From positions 136,214,001 to 136,278,000 of the forward strand of contig OX597814.1 in the NCBI GenBank assembly GCA_951406725.2: DNA of 64,000 nt, written 5' to 3'. This DNA is from Octopus vulgaris (Eukaryota). A program made the translations under genes and the position numbers. Within the stretch, counting starts at the first letter, position 1. Each line of letters starts with the position of its first letter. Under the pieces are notes generated by a model that made no database searches, was not told where the DNA came from, and was given only the letters and a program-made list of their open reading frames with translations. Positions 40,191-51,785 of the stretch are shown piece after piece.

Positions 40191-41776
40191 AATAGCTAGA
40201 TGTCTATATATACACGCATACACGCATATGCCGAATGGCGGTTCAAGTTGACCTGCTAGTCCTTCTATAGCAGCGGTTTAGCAGTTGAACTGAACCTCTA
40301 AAACATTTGACACCAATTCATATTAGCTTGTAGATAGAGACCTATTGTAACTGTCGTCTGCATGTTCTTCAATTGCTGCAGCCGTGACATACATAGGCAG
40401 CAGTCGAAAACAAAAGCCTTGTTATCTAATGTCGTTATTTCGGTTGGGGGTGATATTGATAGTGGCGGTGGTGATAGTGACAATGCTGGTAGTGTCGGCA
40501 TTGTTGGTGTTGTCATGTTGGTGTTCTTGTCGGTGGTACGACAGTTGCATATGGTGGAAGTCATGTGGTTTAATGGCGACGACGGCGTGAGTGATGGCGT
40601 CGGTGGCGGCGGCGGTGGTGAAGATGAGGATTATGTTGATGATTATAGTGATGTTCGTGGCTTTGTCGGTACTGGTGTTGGTAGACATGGTGACGAAGGT
40701 GGTTTTTGTTGTTTGTGGTATTGATGTTGGTTTTGGCTGTGGATATGGCGGTGCATAGAGGTAGAGGTGGTGGTGATGAGAATAGTAACTACGGCGGGAG
40801 TATTAAAGCTGGCATAATCGTTACCGCGCCGGACAAAATGCTTAGCGGCATTTCTTCTGGTTTTATGTTCTGAGTTCAAATCCCGCCGAGTCCGACTTTG
40901 TATTTCATTCTTCCGAGGTAGCAGTTGAGCACTGAGGCTGAAACAATCAACTTACTCCCAACCCCGAAATTGCTGGCCTTGTGCCAAAATTTGAAACTAT
41001 TATTATCATTAAGGTGGCTAGCTGGTAGAATCGTTACTGTGTCGGACAGAATTCTTAGTGGTATTTCTTCCGAGTTTACGTTCAGAGTTCAAAATTCACC
41101 GAAGTCGATATTGTTGTTGTTGTTGTTGTTGTTGTATAGCTCAAGGTTGATTCAGATTGAGCAAAATTATTATCAGAAATATTCCAGTAAAAGCCTTTCG
41201 TTTCTTGAATATCACCTATCGTAATATATTGGTTTCAGATTTTGGCACAAGGCCGGCAGTTTTGGGGGAGGGGGTCAAGTTGATTAAATCGACCCTAGTG
41301 TTCAACTGGTACTTATTTTATTGTTCTCGAAAGGATGAAAAGAAAAGGCAGCCTCGGCGGCATTTGAACTTAGAACGTAGAGACGAACGAAATGCCGCTA
41401 AGCATCTTGTTCGGCGTACTAACGATTCTGCCAGTTCCCGCCCTCCGTATCGTAATATATTACGATAATTTTTTAAAACATAAGTTTTAAAACAATCTGG
41501 TATGATTTTATATGAAGGCATGTGATCCAGTGGCTAGGCTGTTAGGTCTTCGATTGTAAGGTTGTGGATTTGATCCCGGGTCGGGTGGCACGTTGTATCA
41601 TTGTGCAAGTGCTTCAGTTCTCGTGGCTTTAGTCTACTCAGCTATGAGGATCCACTACTCTGTAGATTCAGCCCAGTGGTATTTCGCAATTGTTAGCACA
41701 AGATCTAGCTAGGTGATTACAAAACACTGGGGATGAGGGCATGAGTAAAATGAAATTTGACTGTTACTCCAGCTAC

Positions 41777-41807
<31 letters not shown>

Positions 41808-42787
41808 TGTGCATGTGTGTGTATGTATACACACACATGATATATATATATTTGTAAGTATATATATGTGTGTGTGTATGTTTGTTTGTTTGTGTGTGTG
41901 TGTGTGTGTGTATGTTCATACGTACATAAGCGCATGTGTGTCTACGTGTATTGACTGTTTTGTTGTGAAAGAGAGCTACTGCAGTCTATTGTTGTTATGG
42001 AGTGGGCAATTGTTGATTACTTCTAGTATAAGTAGTTTCATATATAGGTGATGTAAGTTCAAAGACGATACCCATATCCAAATATTTGTCGTACATATTG
42101 TGATTTGTAACATGCAGCCTAAAAAGTCTCAGTACGATGAATGATAACAGAGTTACATGAAAACTATAATGTATGTATTTATATATTACTAAGCCTCGAT
42201 GCGAGTTAAAAATGTAAATACATTCTTTTCTATGTTGTTGACATGTAAAACCGGAAGGAAGTATCGTGACGGACACGCCTTTTCTTTGCTGGTTTTAAGG
42301 GTGTCGCGAAAGGCCTGGTTGGAGGTCCAACCTTCCAAGTTTTATTTATAAAAACTGAAGGACCACTGCAATAAGTGTATGAATCTGAGAGAGGAATATG
42401 TTGAATATAATCATAATTAACTGATACTCCTGTATTTTCTTTTATTTCAAAACCAAGAACTTTCAGCTCACCCTTGCATTTTCAATTTCCTAACTTATAG
42501 AGCATATCATCTACTATATAAAGTCGTTATAAATTTGGCTATCACATTGCTAGGCACCCTAATTTGCATGTATCTGCTTTTGGTAACTCGTCATTAATGA
42601 AACAATATCAATTTTATGCACAACAAAGAGAAATGAAAAGAAATGAGATAAATCTAAAAATAGTAAGGGAAAAGGTGGCTATTTAAAGAGAAGTGAAAAG
42701 TAGGAGAGGACCTGAAGTAAGTAAATAAGAAAAATAGATAGAAAGACCGAATAGATTAAACAGAACAGGAGACACATGGGATGGAGA

Positions 42788-42830
42788 GTCGCTGAAGAGG
42801 TCACCGGTGTGTGACGAAAGATTTCCAGAC
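42788..42830 (+). ncRNA. Degenerate type I hammerhead-like motif
   Basis: gtcg-CTGAAGA-g-gtcac(cggtgt)gtgac-GAAA-gatt-TC-cagac. One extra base before stem II and a bulged stem I. Confidence 0.4.
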
Positions 42831-43320
42831 AATGGGCATAAAATAAGAACAATAATAAACAAGCGAAGAACGAATATGGAGTGCGTGTGTTTATTAGGCA
42901 AGATAGAATGACCGTTCCGAAATATAGCAATAAGTAAATAAGTAAATAGATAAATAAATAGAACAGTAAACTATAAACTGGAATGGCAGAGAATAAACAG
43001 GAAAAAAAATTATGAAAACGAAGAAAAAAAGAGAAGAAGGAGGAGAAAGAAGAAATGAAAAGCGAAAAATAATAAAGGAACAGAGACTGATAAAACCTTA
43101 GGCTCCTGGGAAGAGGACAAAAGTAAAAAGGAAAAGAGAAGATAGGCGCCGAATATAAGATCAGATTATTTAGAAAGTTAATGGAAAAGATAGAAAAAGG
43201 AAGAACGGTTAAATGGTTCAGGCCATGTCTATTGAAGTATGTTTGACCACAATTACAGTACCTGTAACTTACTACCATGGGTACAAATAGCTCTGCATAC
43301 TTGGAAGTACACATAGACAA

Positions 43321-43375
<55 letters not shown>

Positions 43376-43473
43376 GGTAAAAAAAATACGAGTGCGTTGC
43401 GTTGCGTTACATAAGTAATATTTCGAGGATTTTGCGAATACAACAAATGGATTTAACAAAAATATAACAAACA

Positions 43474-43528
43474 GAAAATTCGTAGCTAACTCCTCATCAG
43501 TCAACATCCTAAAGATCGTTAAAATTTC
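43474..43528 (-). ncRNA. Degenerate type III hammerhead-like motif
   Basis: Minus strand: gaaa-TT-[ttaacgatct tta ggatgttga]-CTGATGA-[ggag ttag ctac]-GAAt-tttc. All three helices can be drawn, but A15.1 is U and stem II has a mismatch. Confidence 0.33.
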
Positions 43529-43863
43529 GCGCCCTTATCGTTGATATTGTCCACTCTTGGTGCCGCCAATTGCAAAAAAGCCACTGGGAATAGCTAACGA
43601 ACATACAGAACAATGACGGAAATAAACAAGTCAAGATAAAATGACTATAATAATTATACATATAAAACAAAAAACGTGCAACTTAGGCATGGCTCTGTGG
43701 TAAGAAGCTTGCTTCTCAACGACATGGTTCCAGGTTCACTTCTACTGCATGGCATCTCGGGCAAGTGTCTTCTACTACAGCCTCGAGCCGACCAAAGCCT
43801 TGTGAGTGGATTTGGTAGACGGAAACTGAAAGAAACCTATCGTATATATATATATATATATAT

Positions 43864-44074
43864 ATCACAATCAAGGAACGGCCATAATAGGCCATTCACC
43901 CACTAGAAATAACAGCCAAAGCTTCAACCGCAAAATAACATTAATTCCGTAAACCAGGAGAAAATTAAATTAATTTTCTCCTGGTTTACGGAATTAATGT
44001 TATTTTGCGGTTGAAGCTTTGGCTGTTATTTCTAGTGGGTGAATGGCCTCTTATGGCCGTTCCTTGATTGTGAT
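43864..44074. repeat. 211-bp palindrome (105-bp arms, 1-nt spacer, 1 mismatch)
   Basis: Centre gagaaaattaa-a-ttaattttctc at 43969. The arms were checked by eye. Confidence 0.95.
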
Positions 44075-44211
44075 GTTGAACTTATAAATGGTCTACTATA
44101 TGACTATTTAATTTTTAATAATAATAATCCCCACTAGATTCACAGTTAAGCTGGTGGCATCCTTTCAAAACGAAATTCTACAAAATTTTTTATTATATAA
44201 CCCTATATTGA

Positions 44212-44252
<41 letters not shown>

Positions 44253-44254
<2 letters not shown>

Positions 44255-44436
44255 GTAATTCCTCGCCATATCACAGTTCATCTATCGCGCACCCAGTATA
44301 TCCGCGGATTTTTCTGGCTAACATATATAAATTTATATCGCAGATCTCTGCAGCCGATAGGTACTTATATATTTTAGATTTTAATTACTTCTGCGGGAGG
44401 TTTTGGAATTTAACACCTACGATAGTCGAGGGATTA

Positions 44437-44439
<3 letters not shown>
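44253..44439. mobile_element. Tigger/pogo-type MITE inside (TA)n
   Basis: TIRs ccgtaattcctcgccatatc / gatagtcgagggattactg, with TA on both flanks. Confidence 0.75.
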
Positions 44440-44480
<41 letters not shown>

Positions 44481-44931
44481 ATCACAAAGACACACATACA
44501 TGTGTGTGTGTGCACAAAGACACACACACATGTGTGTGTGTGCGTACATGCATGCGCGTGTGTCTTTGTGTCTGTGTTTGTCCCCCACTTCACAACCAGT
44601 GTTAGCATTTTTACGTTCGCGTAATTTAGGCTATAGAAACGTGTTGGGACCGATTCATTTACCTGAAAACCCTTCAAGGCGATGCCCTAGCATGGCCGCA
44701 GTCTAAGGACAGAAACAAGTGAAAGGTTTTATATACATATAAAATTGTCCTTGCCTTCGCACGTGGAATAGATGAAACAGGGACAACTGAAGAAGGGGAA
44801 TATTCTTTATGTTGCATGTCTCGTTTCTCTGTTTTTTTCATTGTTCGAAAAAAAAGTTCGTTTCTATGTTTTCGTTTTTATGTCTTCGTTTCTCATTTTG
44901 TTCAACGTTTTTTGATATCCTGTGCCCATAT

Positions 44932-45006
<75 letters not shown>

Positions 45007-45054
45007 TATATGTAAGTATGTACATATATGTATATATATATTTATATATTTATA

Positions 45055-45115
<61 letters not shown>

Positions 45116-45299
45116 TTATTTAGTTCCAAGATGCATCACATGGATCCCGTGGGATGTATCATAAGTGATATTTCGAGGGTCTCAGGTGCTTTCGAGTTGT
45201 TCATCATAAGAACCCCCTCCTACTTCGCCCTGCTGGGTTTTTGATGTTGAGAGACCCGGAAGCCTCTTACAGCATATTATTAGTAGAGTAACAAGCCAT

Positions 45300-48200
45300 G
45301 TGAATAGATAATGCAAGATAATTTATAGATAATGAGAAATACAAGAAAGAGGGTTTTAAATGAAATAAAATATAAATAAAATAAAATAACATTGATACAA
45401 AGGCTGACACCTGGACTTACAGGGCACGTACAACAAATACAGACAGCCCAGCAGACCGAATATCCAGTCAGCACAGTCCCAGCAACTACAACAGTCTTGC
45501 CAACAATAGGGCAGATGTATCCGGTACAACAAGCATAATAACAGCAAATATCCAGGGTCTTTATCCGAAAACAAAACAGTGTAAAGTCCCTTTCTTGGAA
45601 GAATTAGCAACAGAAAACAACTCCAAAATAATTTGAATTACTGAAAGTCATCTCAACGAAAACATCCGCAACAGCGAAATCACAATCAATAGATTCAACA
45701 TCTTCAGATGTGATAGACAAGGCAGATCCCATGGGGGCGTTATCATGTATATCCATGATACCTATGCATGCATAGAACTTGTCAATGAATCAAATGCCTA
45801 CTGCAACCTGCTGTGCATAAAAATCATCCAACTTAATACAGTTGTAACAATAATGTACAGACCGCCAAACAGCCCAACATTATCCTTCACTGAGCCACTG
45901 ACGAAGCTCCAACAAATTCTGGGAAACATGGCAAGTCCAATGCCAGACATTATCCTCCTTGGTGACTTCAACTTCCCTAACATCATCTGGCCACATGGAC
46001 ACATACTAAAACTGGGGACAAAAGCTGAACAAATACAGGCAGCCAAACTGTTGGAAGTCACAGAGAAATTATACCTCAAACAAATGATGACAGAAGCAAC
46101 AAGAAATAATAATACGATCGACTTGGTTTTCACCAACAACGAGGACACGCTATTTGACCTTCACTCAACCCCAACAATCCTTTCAGACCACAATATTATT
46201 GAAATGCATTTACACATTGGTAATGAGCCCAATGCCACAACTCTTAAACAAAAGGACATGCCAAAGCTATGCAGGTATGATTATCACCAGGCAAATTGGG
46301 AAACTATTAACAACCAGTTACAAATCATTGACTGGGATCTCTACCTTACTGGGCCAGATAAACACAAGAAATTCTTAAACAAGATCGAAGAAATATGTGA
46401 AAAAAATGTTCCTCTAAAGAAAACCAAGTCCACAAAAAAACCTGTACCACGGGAGCGAAAGATCCTGATGCGCAAAAGGTCAAGACTAAGAAACAAAACA
46501 TCTAAGCTGACATCAAAACATGAATTACAGAAAGTCCTTGACCAAATATACAGATTAGAAGACAATCTAAAACAACACTATGATGAAGAACGTAACAATG
46601 CAGAAAAGAAAGCCATAGAAAACATCAAGAAAAATCCAAAATGTTTCTACAGTTTTGCAAAGAAATACTCGAACACCAAGTCAACAATAGGACCTCTCCA
46701 GAGACAAAATGGGGATGTAGTGAATAACCCTATTGAAATGGCAGAAATGTTGGGTCAACAGTATGAAAGTGTCTTCAGTGAGCCATCTAAAACCATGAAG
46801 ATCCATGACCCAGGAAAATTCTTCAAGGATATCGACCATACTAAACCTACCCTATCCGACATTGATTTCAACCCAGAAGACATAGCAAGAGCAATAGACA
46901 AGCTCTCCATGCACTCGGCTGCGGGGCCTGACGGTTTCAATGCCATGATACTTAAAAACTGCAAGGCACAATTGTCGAAACCCCTTTACATGATATGGAG
47001 GGAATCTATGGAGAATGGCAAAATACCAAATACATATAAAGAAGCACACATAACTCCAATACATAAAGGGGATAGCAAATCAAAACCAAAGAACTACCGA
47101 CCAATCTCACTGACATCACACATTATCAAGGTCTTCGAAAGAATAGTTCGTGGAAAACTGGTTGAGTTCCTGGAATCCAACAATCTGATGAATTGCAACC
47201 AGCATGGATTCAGGTTAGGTAGATCATGCCTTTCCCAACTACTGGCACACCATGACCAAATCCTAGAAAATCTAGAGAATGGATACAACACAGATGTTAT
47301 CTACCTCGACTTTGCCAAGGCATTTGACAAGGTAGATCATGGCATCCTGGGTCACAAACTTCGAAAGCTAGGAGTAGGAGGAAAAGTTGGTACATGGATA
47401 CACGAGTTCCTTACAAATAGAACTCAAACAGTCACTGTGAATGGAACCCATTCAACACCATCACCTGTGACCAGCAGTGTTCCTCAGGGTACAGTACTCG
47501 GCCCAATCCTGTTTCTCATCCTCATCTCTGACATAGATGAAGATACAACCAGCAACGTCTCATCCTTTGCTGATGACACCAGGGTCATGAGACAAATCAA
47601 AGACGAGGTGGATACAGAGGCCTTACAAAAGGACCTGACCACCATATATAAATGGCAGGAAACAAACAACATGTTGTTCAATGATAAGAAGTTTGAACTA
47701 ATTCGCTACGGAACAGATCAAGATCTGAAAAATACAACAAACTACAGAAACCCATCAGGACAACAAATAATGGAAAAACAGTATGTGAAAGATTTAGGCA
47801 TCCACATGGGAACCAACCTAAAATTCAGAGAACACCTTGACTCAGTCTGTCTTACTGCAAGAAAGTACAGCGGGTGGATCTTGCGCACCTTCAAATCAAG
47901 AGATACCTCAACAATGAAAACCCTCTGGAACAGTATGATACTTCCGAGGATTGACTACTGTTCTCAGTTGTGGTCACCAACAACAAAGGGCCAACTATCT
48001 AAGATAGAATCGCTCCAAAGAAATTTTACCTAATACTTCTCAGAAACGAGGGACCTGGACTATTGGCAAAGACTCAAAACCTTGAGGATGTACTCAATAG
48101 AAAGAAGATTTGAGCGATACCGAATTATATACATTTGGAAAATGATAGAGCAGAAGGTGCCAAACTTTGGTATCAAAACCTACCACTCACTGCGCCACGG

Positions 48201-48570
48201 AAGACGCTGCCAGCTGCCACCAATCAACAAAAAGGCTGGCCAGGCAGCAAAAACCCTGCGAGAATCAAGTCTGTTGGTTCGAGGAGCACAACTGTTCAAC
48301 TCCATTCCGGTACATGTCAGAAATCTATCAGGATGCAGTGTGGAATCATTCAAATTGCAACTGGATAGATACTTAAGCACCATTAGAGATGAACCCCATC
48401 TCCCAGGATATACACAACGAGCACAAACTGACTCAAACTCGCTCCTACACATGTCAAATTTAAGCAGAGAATACAACCTGGCAACCACACCAGACTCTGA
48501 GGGTGGAGTCTTCGACTTGGCCTGAGCATGGACTCAAACCCAAATGAAATGAAATGAAATGAAATGAAAT
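45300..48570 (+). mobile_element. CR1-group APE-RT LINE with near-intact ORF2
   Basis: One frame from ANIQGL (45544) to the stop at 48525, broken only by TGA 45634 and TAA 48031. APE motifs ITESHL, YRPP, GDFN, IDLVF, SDH. RT motifs YLDFAKAFDKVDH, VPQGTVLGP, FADD, KDLG. (GAAAT)n tail at 48541-48570. Confidence 0.95.
45745..48033 (+). CDS. LINE ORF2 endonuclease/reverse transcriptase, main open segment (762 aa)
   Basis: ORF track entry with the motifs listed above. Continues in frame past the TAA into 48082..48525. Confidence 0.9.
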   Translation: MYIHDTYACIELVNESNAYCNLLCIKIIQLNTVVTIMYRPPNSPTLSFTEPLTKLQQILGNMASPMPDIILLGDFNFPNIIWPHGHILKLGTKAEQIQAAKLLEVTEKLYLKQMMTEATRNNNTIDLVFTNNEDTLFDLHSTPTILSDHNIIEMHLHIGNEPNATTLKQKDMPKLCRYDYHQANWETINNQLQIIDWDLYLTGPDKHKKFLNKIEEICEKNVPLKKTKSTKKPVPRERKILMRKRSRLRNKTSKLTSKHELQKVLDQIYRLEDNLKQHYDEERNNAEKKAIENIKKNPKCFYSFAKKYSNTKSTIGPLQRQNGDVVNNPIEMAEMLGQQYESVFSEPSKTMKIHDPGKFFKDIDHTKPTLSDIDFNPEDIARAIDKLSMHSAAGPDGFNAMILKNCKAQLSKPLYMIWRESMENGKIPNTYKEAHITPIHKGDSKSKPKNYRPISLTSHIIKVFERIVRGKLVEFLESNNLMNCNQHGFRLGRSCLSQLLAHHDQILENLENGYNTDVIYLDFAKAFDKVDHGILGHKLRKLGVGGKVGTWIHEFLTNRTQTVTVNGTHSTPSPVTSSVPQGTVLGPILFLILISDIDEDTTSNVSSFADDTRVMRQIKDEVDTEALQKDLTTIYKWQETNNMLFNDKKFELIRYGTDQDLKNTTNYRNPSGQQIMEKQYVKDLGIHMGTNLKFREHLDSVCLTARKYSGWILRTFKSRDTSTMKTLWNSMILPRIDYCSQLWSPTTKGQLSKIESLQRNFT

Positions 48571-49442
48571 GCGGATGGAGATGAGACGAGGCGAAATTTT
48601 TAGATGAATAAAGAAAGAAGCAATATCCTGCAGAATGATGTAAAGTAGGATTTGAAAATATGAATTAGAAAAAAAAATGTAATTATAACGTAATATATTG
48701 CATATACAACACCGCTTTCCAGGAACCTTTGGTCCCAAAGCATCTCTTGTTTACTGAGTTTTCCAAAACAAGGTCAACACACCTTAAATTAAACAAATAT
48801 CGAGTTCAAATTTTAGCACAAGACCTGCAATTTCGATGAAATAAGAAGGGGTTAAGTCGATTACATCGGCCTCAGTGATCAACTGGTACTTATTTTATCG
48901 GCTCCTACAGGAAAGGTAATGTCGATCGCGGCGGAGTGTGAACTCGGAACGCAAAGATGGACGAAATGCCGCTAAGCGTTTTGCTTGGCATGCTAACGAT
49001 TCAGGCAGCTTACTGCCTTGAAAATCAAATGAAATACAGGTACCTGCACATTAGTATAAATGATACAGGTTTATTAATACTGTACTGTGCAAATGTGCTA
49101 ATAAACTAGTCTGTCGTCGCAATTTTAAATCCCTGCTCGTAAATTAGTGCAGATTATAAGAGCTTCTGGTCGGTTTTATAGGTGGGTGGGTGGGGGGAAC
49201 ATATTAATGCATAAAACAGGTATTCGGAAGTTAGCTGTTCAATACATACATGTCAGTAAATGTTTGTGGAAAATTATTACATAAATTAGAAGTATTTGGT
49301 GCGAGATAAGTAAAGGTGAATTCACTGTACTTAGTGGAGGTATTATCAATAAGTCGAAATGTTATCAGATAATCAGAAACTGAGTGGATCTTGTTAATGT
49401 GTCAGAGAAGAATCTGATGGATTAAATCATTATCATGTAGAA

Positions 49443-50051
49443 CAGTGGTTCTCAGCCGGGGTCCATATGACCCTTGGGGTTCTATGTAATATTTTGTAGT
49501 TAAAATTCATCTGCAATGAATTAGTGGCTTGCTTACCAACCACATGGTTCCAGGTTCAGTCCCACTGCGTGCCACCTTGGGCCAGTGTCTTCTACTATAG
49601 CCTCGGGCCGACCAAAGCCTTGTGTGTGGATTTGGTAGACGGAAACTGAAAGAGACCCGTCGTATATATGTATGCATATATGTATGTGTGTAAATATATT
49701 TGTGCCCCCCCCCCCCACATCACTTGACAACCGATGCTGGTGTGTTTATGTCCCCATAACATGGCGGTTCGGCAAAAGAGACCGATAGAATAAGTACTAG
49801 GCTTACAAAGAATAAGTCCTGGGGTCGATTTGCTCGACTAAAAGCGGTGCTCCAGCATGGCCGCAGTCAAATGACTGAAACAAGTAAAAGAGTAAAAGAG
49901 TATACTTATACAATACATAAAATATTTTACAATTTTTTAATACACTTCCAAATAGTATTTAATTATAGAAATATAATATGATTTTCTGAACATTGAATGG
50001 CTTTTAGGGAATCAAAAGTGTCCATAAGTAAAAAATAGTTGGGAAACATTG
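49443..50051. mobile_element. hAT (Charlie-like) MITE with a perfect 8-bp TSD (ATGTAGAA), carrying a SINE A insert
   Basis: TIRs cagtggttctcagc / gttgggaaacattg. atgtagaa at 49435-49442 and 50052-50059. SINE at 49525-49900. Confidence 0.88.
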
Positions 50052-50259
50052 ATGTAGAAGGTATTGTGAAAGGAGTAGAACCGCCAAGGAGGTTTCCAAA
50101 TATTCAAATATGAATGTAAAGAAGGTGTGAATAATAACACTGTATTAAGTATGAAATATTAGGTTATGAAACTCTTGGTGTTTGAGACCTATTTCAGACT
50201 TATGTTGTTTTTAAGGATGTATAAAATAATGAAAACATAATAATAATTGTAGTAATAAT

Positions 50260-51068
50260 CCTTATTGCGACGGGCACACGGCCTGAAATTTTGTTGGAGG
50301 GGGCTAGTCGATAACATCGACCCCAATGCTCAACTGGTACTTATATCATCGATCCCGAAAGAATGAAAGGCAAAGTTGACCTTGGCGGAATTTGAACTCA
50401 GAACGTAAAGACGGACGAAATACCACTAAGCATTTTTGCCTGGCGTGTTAATGATTCTGCCAGCTCGACAAATTATAGCAATAATCTTTTCTACTCTAGG
50501 CACAAGGCCCGAAAGTTTGAGGGAGGGGGCTAGTCGATTAGATCGACCCCAGTACGCAACTGGTACTTAATTTATCGACCCCGAAAGGATGAAAGGCAAA
50601 GTCGACCTCGGCGGAATTTGAACTCAGAACGTAAAGACAGACGAAATACCTATATCATTACTACCCACAAGGGGCTAAACACAGAGGGAACAAACAAGGA
50701 CAGACAAACGGATTAAGTCTATTATATCGACTCTAATGCGTAACTGGTACTTATTTAATCGACTCCGAAAGGATGAAAGGCAAAGTCGACCTCGGCGGAA
50801 TTTAAACTCAGAACGTAACGGTAGACGAAATACCTATTTCTTTACTACCCACAAGGGGCTAAACATAGAGAGGACAAAGAAGGACAGAAATAGGTATTAA
50901 GTCGATTACATCGACCCCAGTGCGTAACTGGTACTTAATTTATCGACCCCGAAAGGATGAAAGGCAAAGTCGACCTCGGCGGAATTTGAACTCAGAACGT
51001 AACGGCAGACGAAATACCGCTAAGCATTTCGCCCGGTGTGCTAACGTTTTGGCCAGCTCGCCGCCTTA
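50260..51068 (-). mobile_element. Head-to-tail array of four SINE B units
   Basis: Units at ~50260-50467, 50485-50650, 50651-50832 and 50833-51068, each containing gaaaggcaaagt.gacct.ggcggaattt.aactcagaacgtaa. Confidence 0.9.
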
Positions 51069-51109
51069 TAATTATAGTAATAATAATAAAACGATGCTGA
51101 TGTTGATAC

Positions 51110-51640
51110 ATATATGACGTATCAATGGTTGGCTGCATCTGGACTTAGATCAAAAACAAAAAGCTTCGTTATAGCAGCTCAGGATCAGTGTTTGTTCACT
51201 AGAAACCACCGAGTCGGCATTCTTATAAAAGCTGCTGAGCCTGTCTGTCGCTTTTGTGGTGCAACCAAGGAAACAATTGATCACCTCACCTCTGGATGTT
51301 CTGTCTTAGCCTCAAATGAATTTATTAATCATCATGATAGACTTGACCAGTATTTGCACTGGATTATATGTCGTTAAGTTTAGACTTTCAAATGAGAATT
51401 GACAGGAGCATAAGCCTACTAAGCTAATAGAAAATAAAGATATCACCATTCTTTGGGATTTTAGTATTCAAACTGATCGAGCTATTCAGGCCAATAGACC
51501 AAATATTGTGGTGAGAATCACATTGACAAAACATGTCTATTAATAGGCATTCCAACCCCAACAGACTGCAACACTTCCGTAAAAGCATTTGAAAAGTTGA
51601 GTACATATAAGGACCTTGAAATAGGGGTCTAAAAAAAAAA
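51110..51640 (+). mobile_element. Degenerate R4/Dong 3' fragment (copy D)
   Basis: QWLAASGLRSKT..IAAQDQ..CRFCGATKETIDHLTSGC..HD..HWIIC, then NRPNIV (~51493). Confidence 0.85.
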
Positions 51641-51785
51641 AACTTTGATGAACAACATTGGTGTCATTTAGGAATCAAATCACTCAGGCCGTAATCTCCA
51701 GCGATTCGAAGAAAAAACATTTTGCATTAAACACACAAGGTGCACAAAAACAATACAACAATCACAAAATAGTATTAATACTAGG

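Noticed and set aside
40240-40296. Short imperfect hairpins here and at ~35237-35294
   Set aside because: Arms are under 20 nt with several mismatches, which is expected by chance or from MITE debris in this DNA.
40362-40724. Gly/Asp/Val-rich ORF
   Set aside because: Decayed GGT/GAT/GTT trinucleotide low-complexity sequence, open in several frames.
42679-43446. 255-aa minus-strand hydrophobic ORF that looks membrane-protein-like
   Set aside because: Its F/L/S/Y richness comes from a low-complexity purine-rich plus strand and it spans a (CA)n tract. No domain motifs.
44773-44830. CTGAAGA enclosed by an ~11-bp stem (gaaacagggaca/tgtctcgtttc)
   Set aside because: No GAAA box follows the putative stem II, so the hammerhead core is incomplete.
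45634-45636. In-frame TGA in LINE ORF2 as possible selenocysteine or readthrough
   Set aside because: A second in-frame TAA exists and I saw no SECIS-like hairpin. A simple nonsense mutation is more likely.
50260-51068. Regularly spaced repeats resembling a CRISPR array
   Set aside because: The units are ~180-bp SINE copies with no unique spacers. There are no cas genes and the context is eukaryotic.
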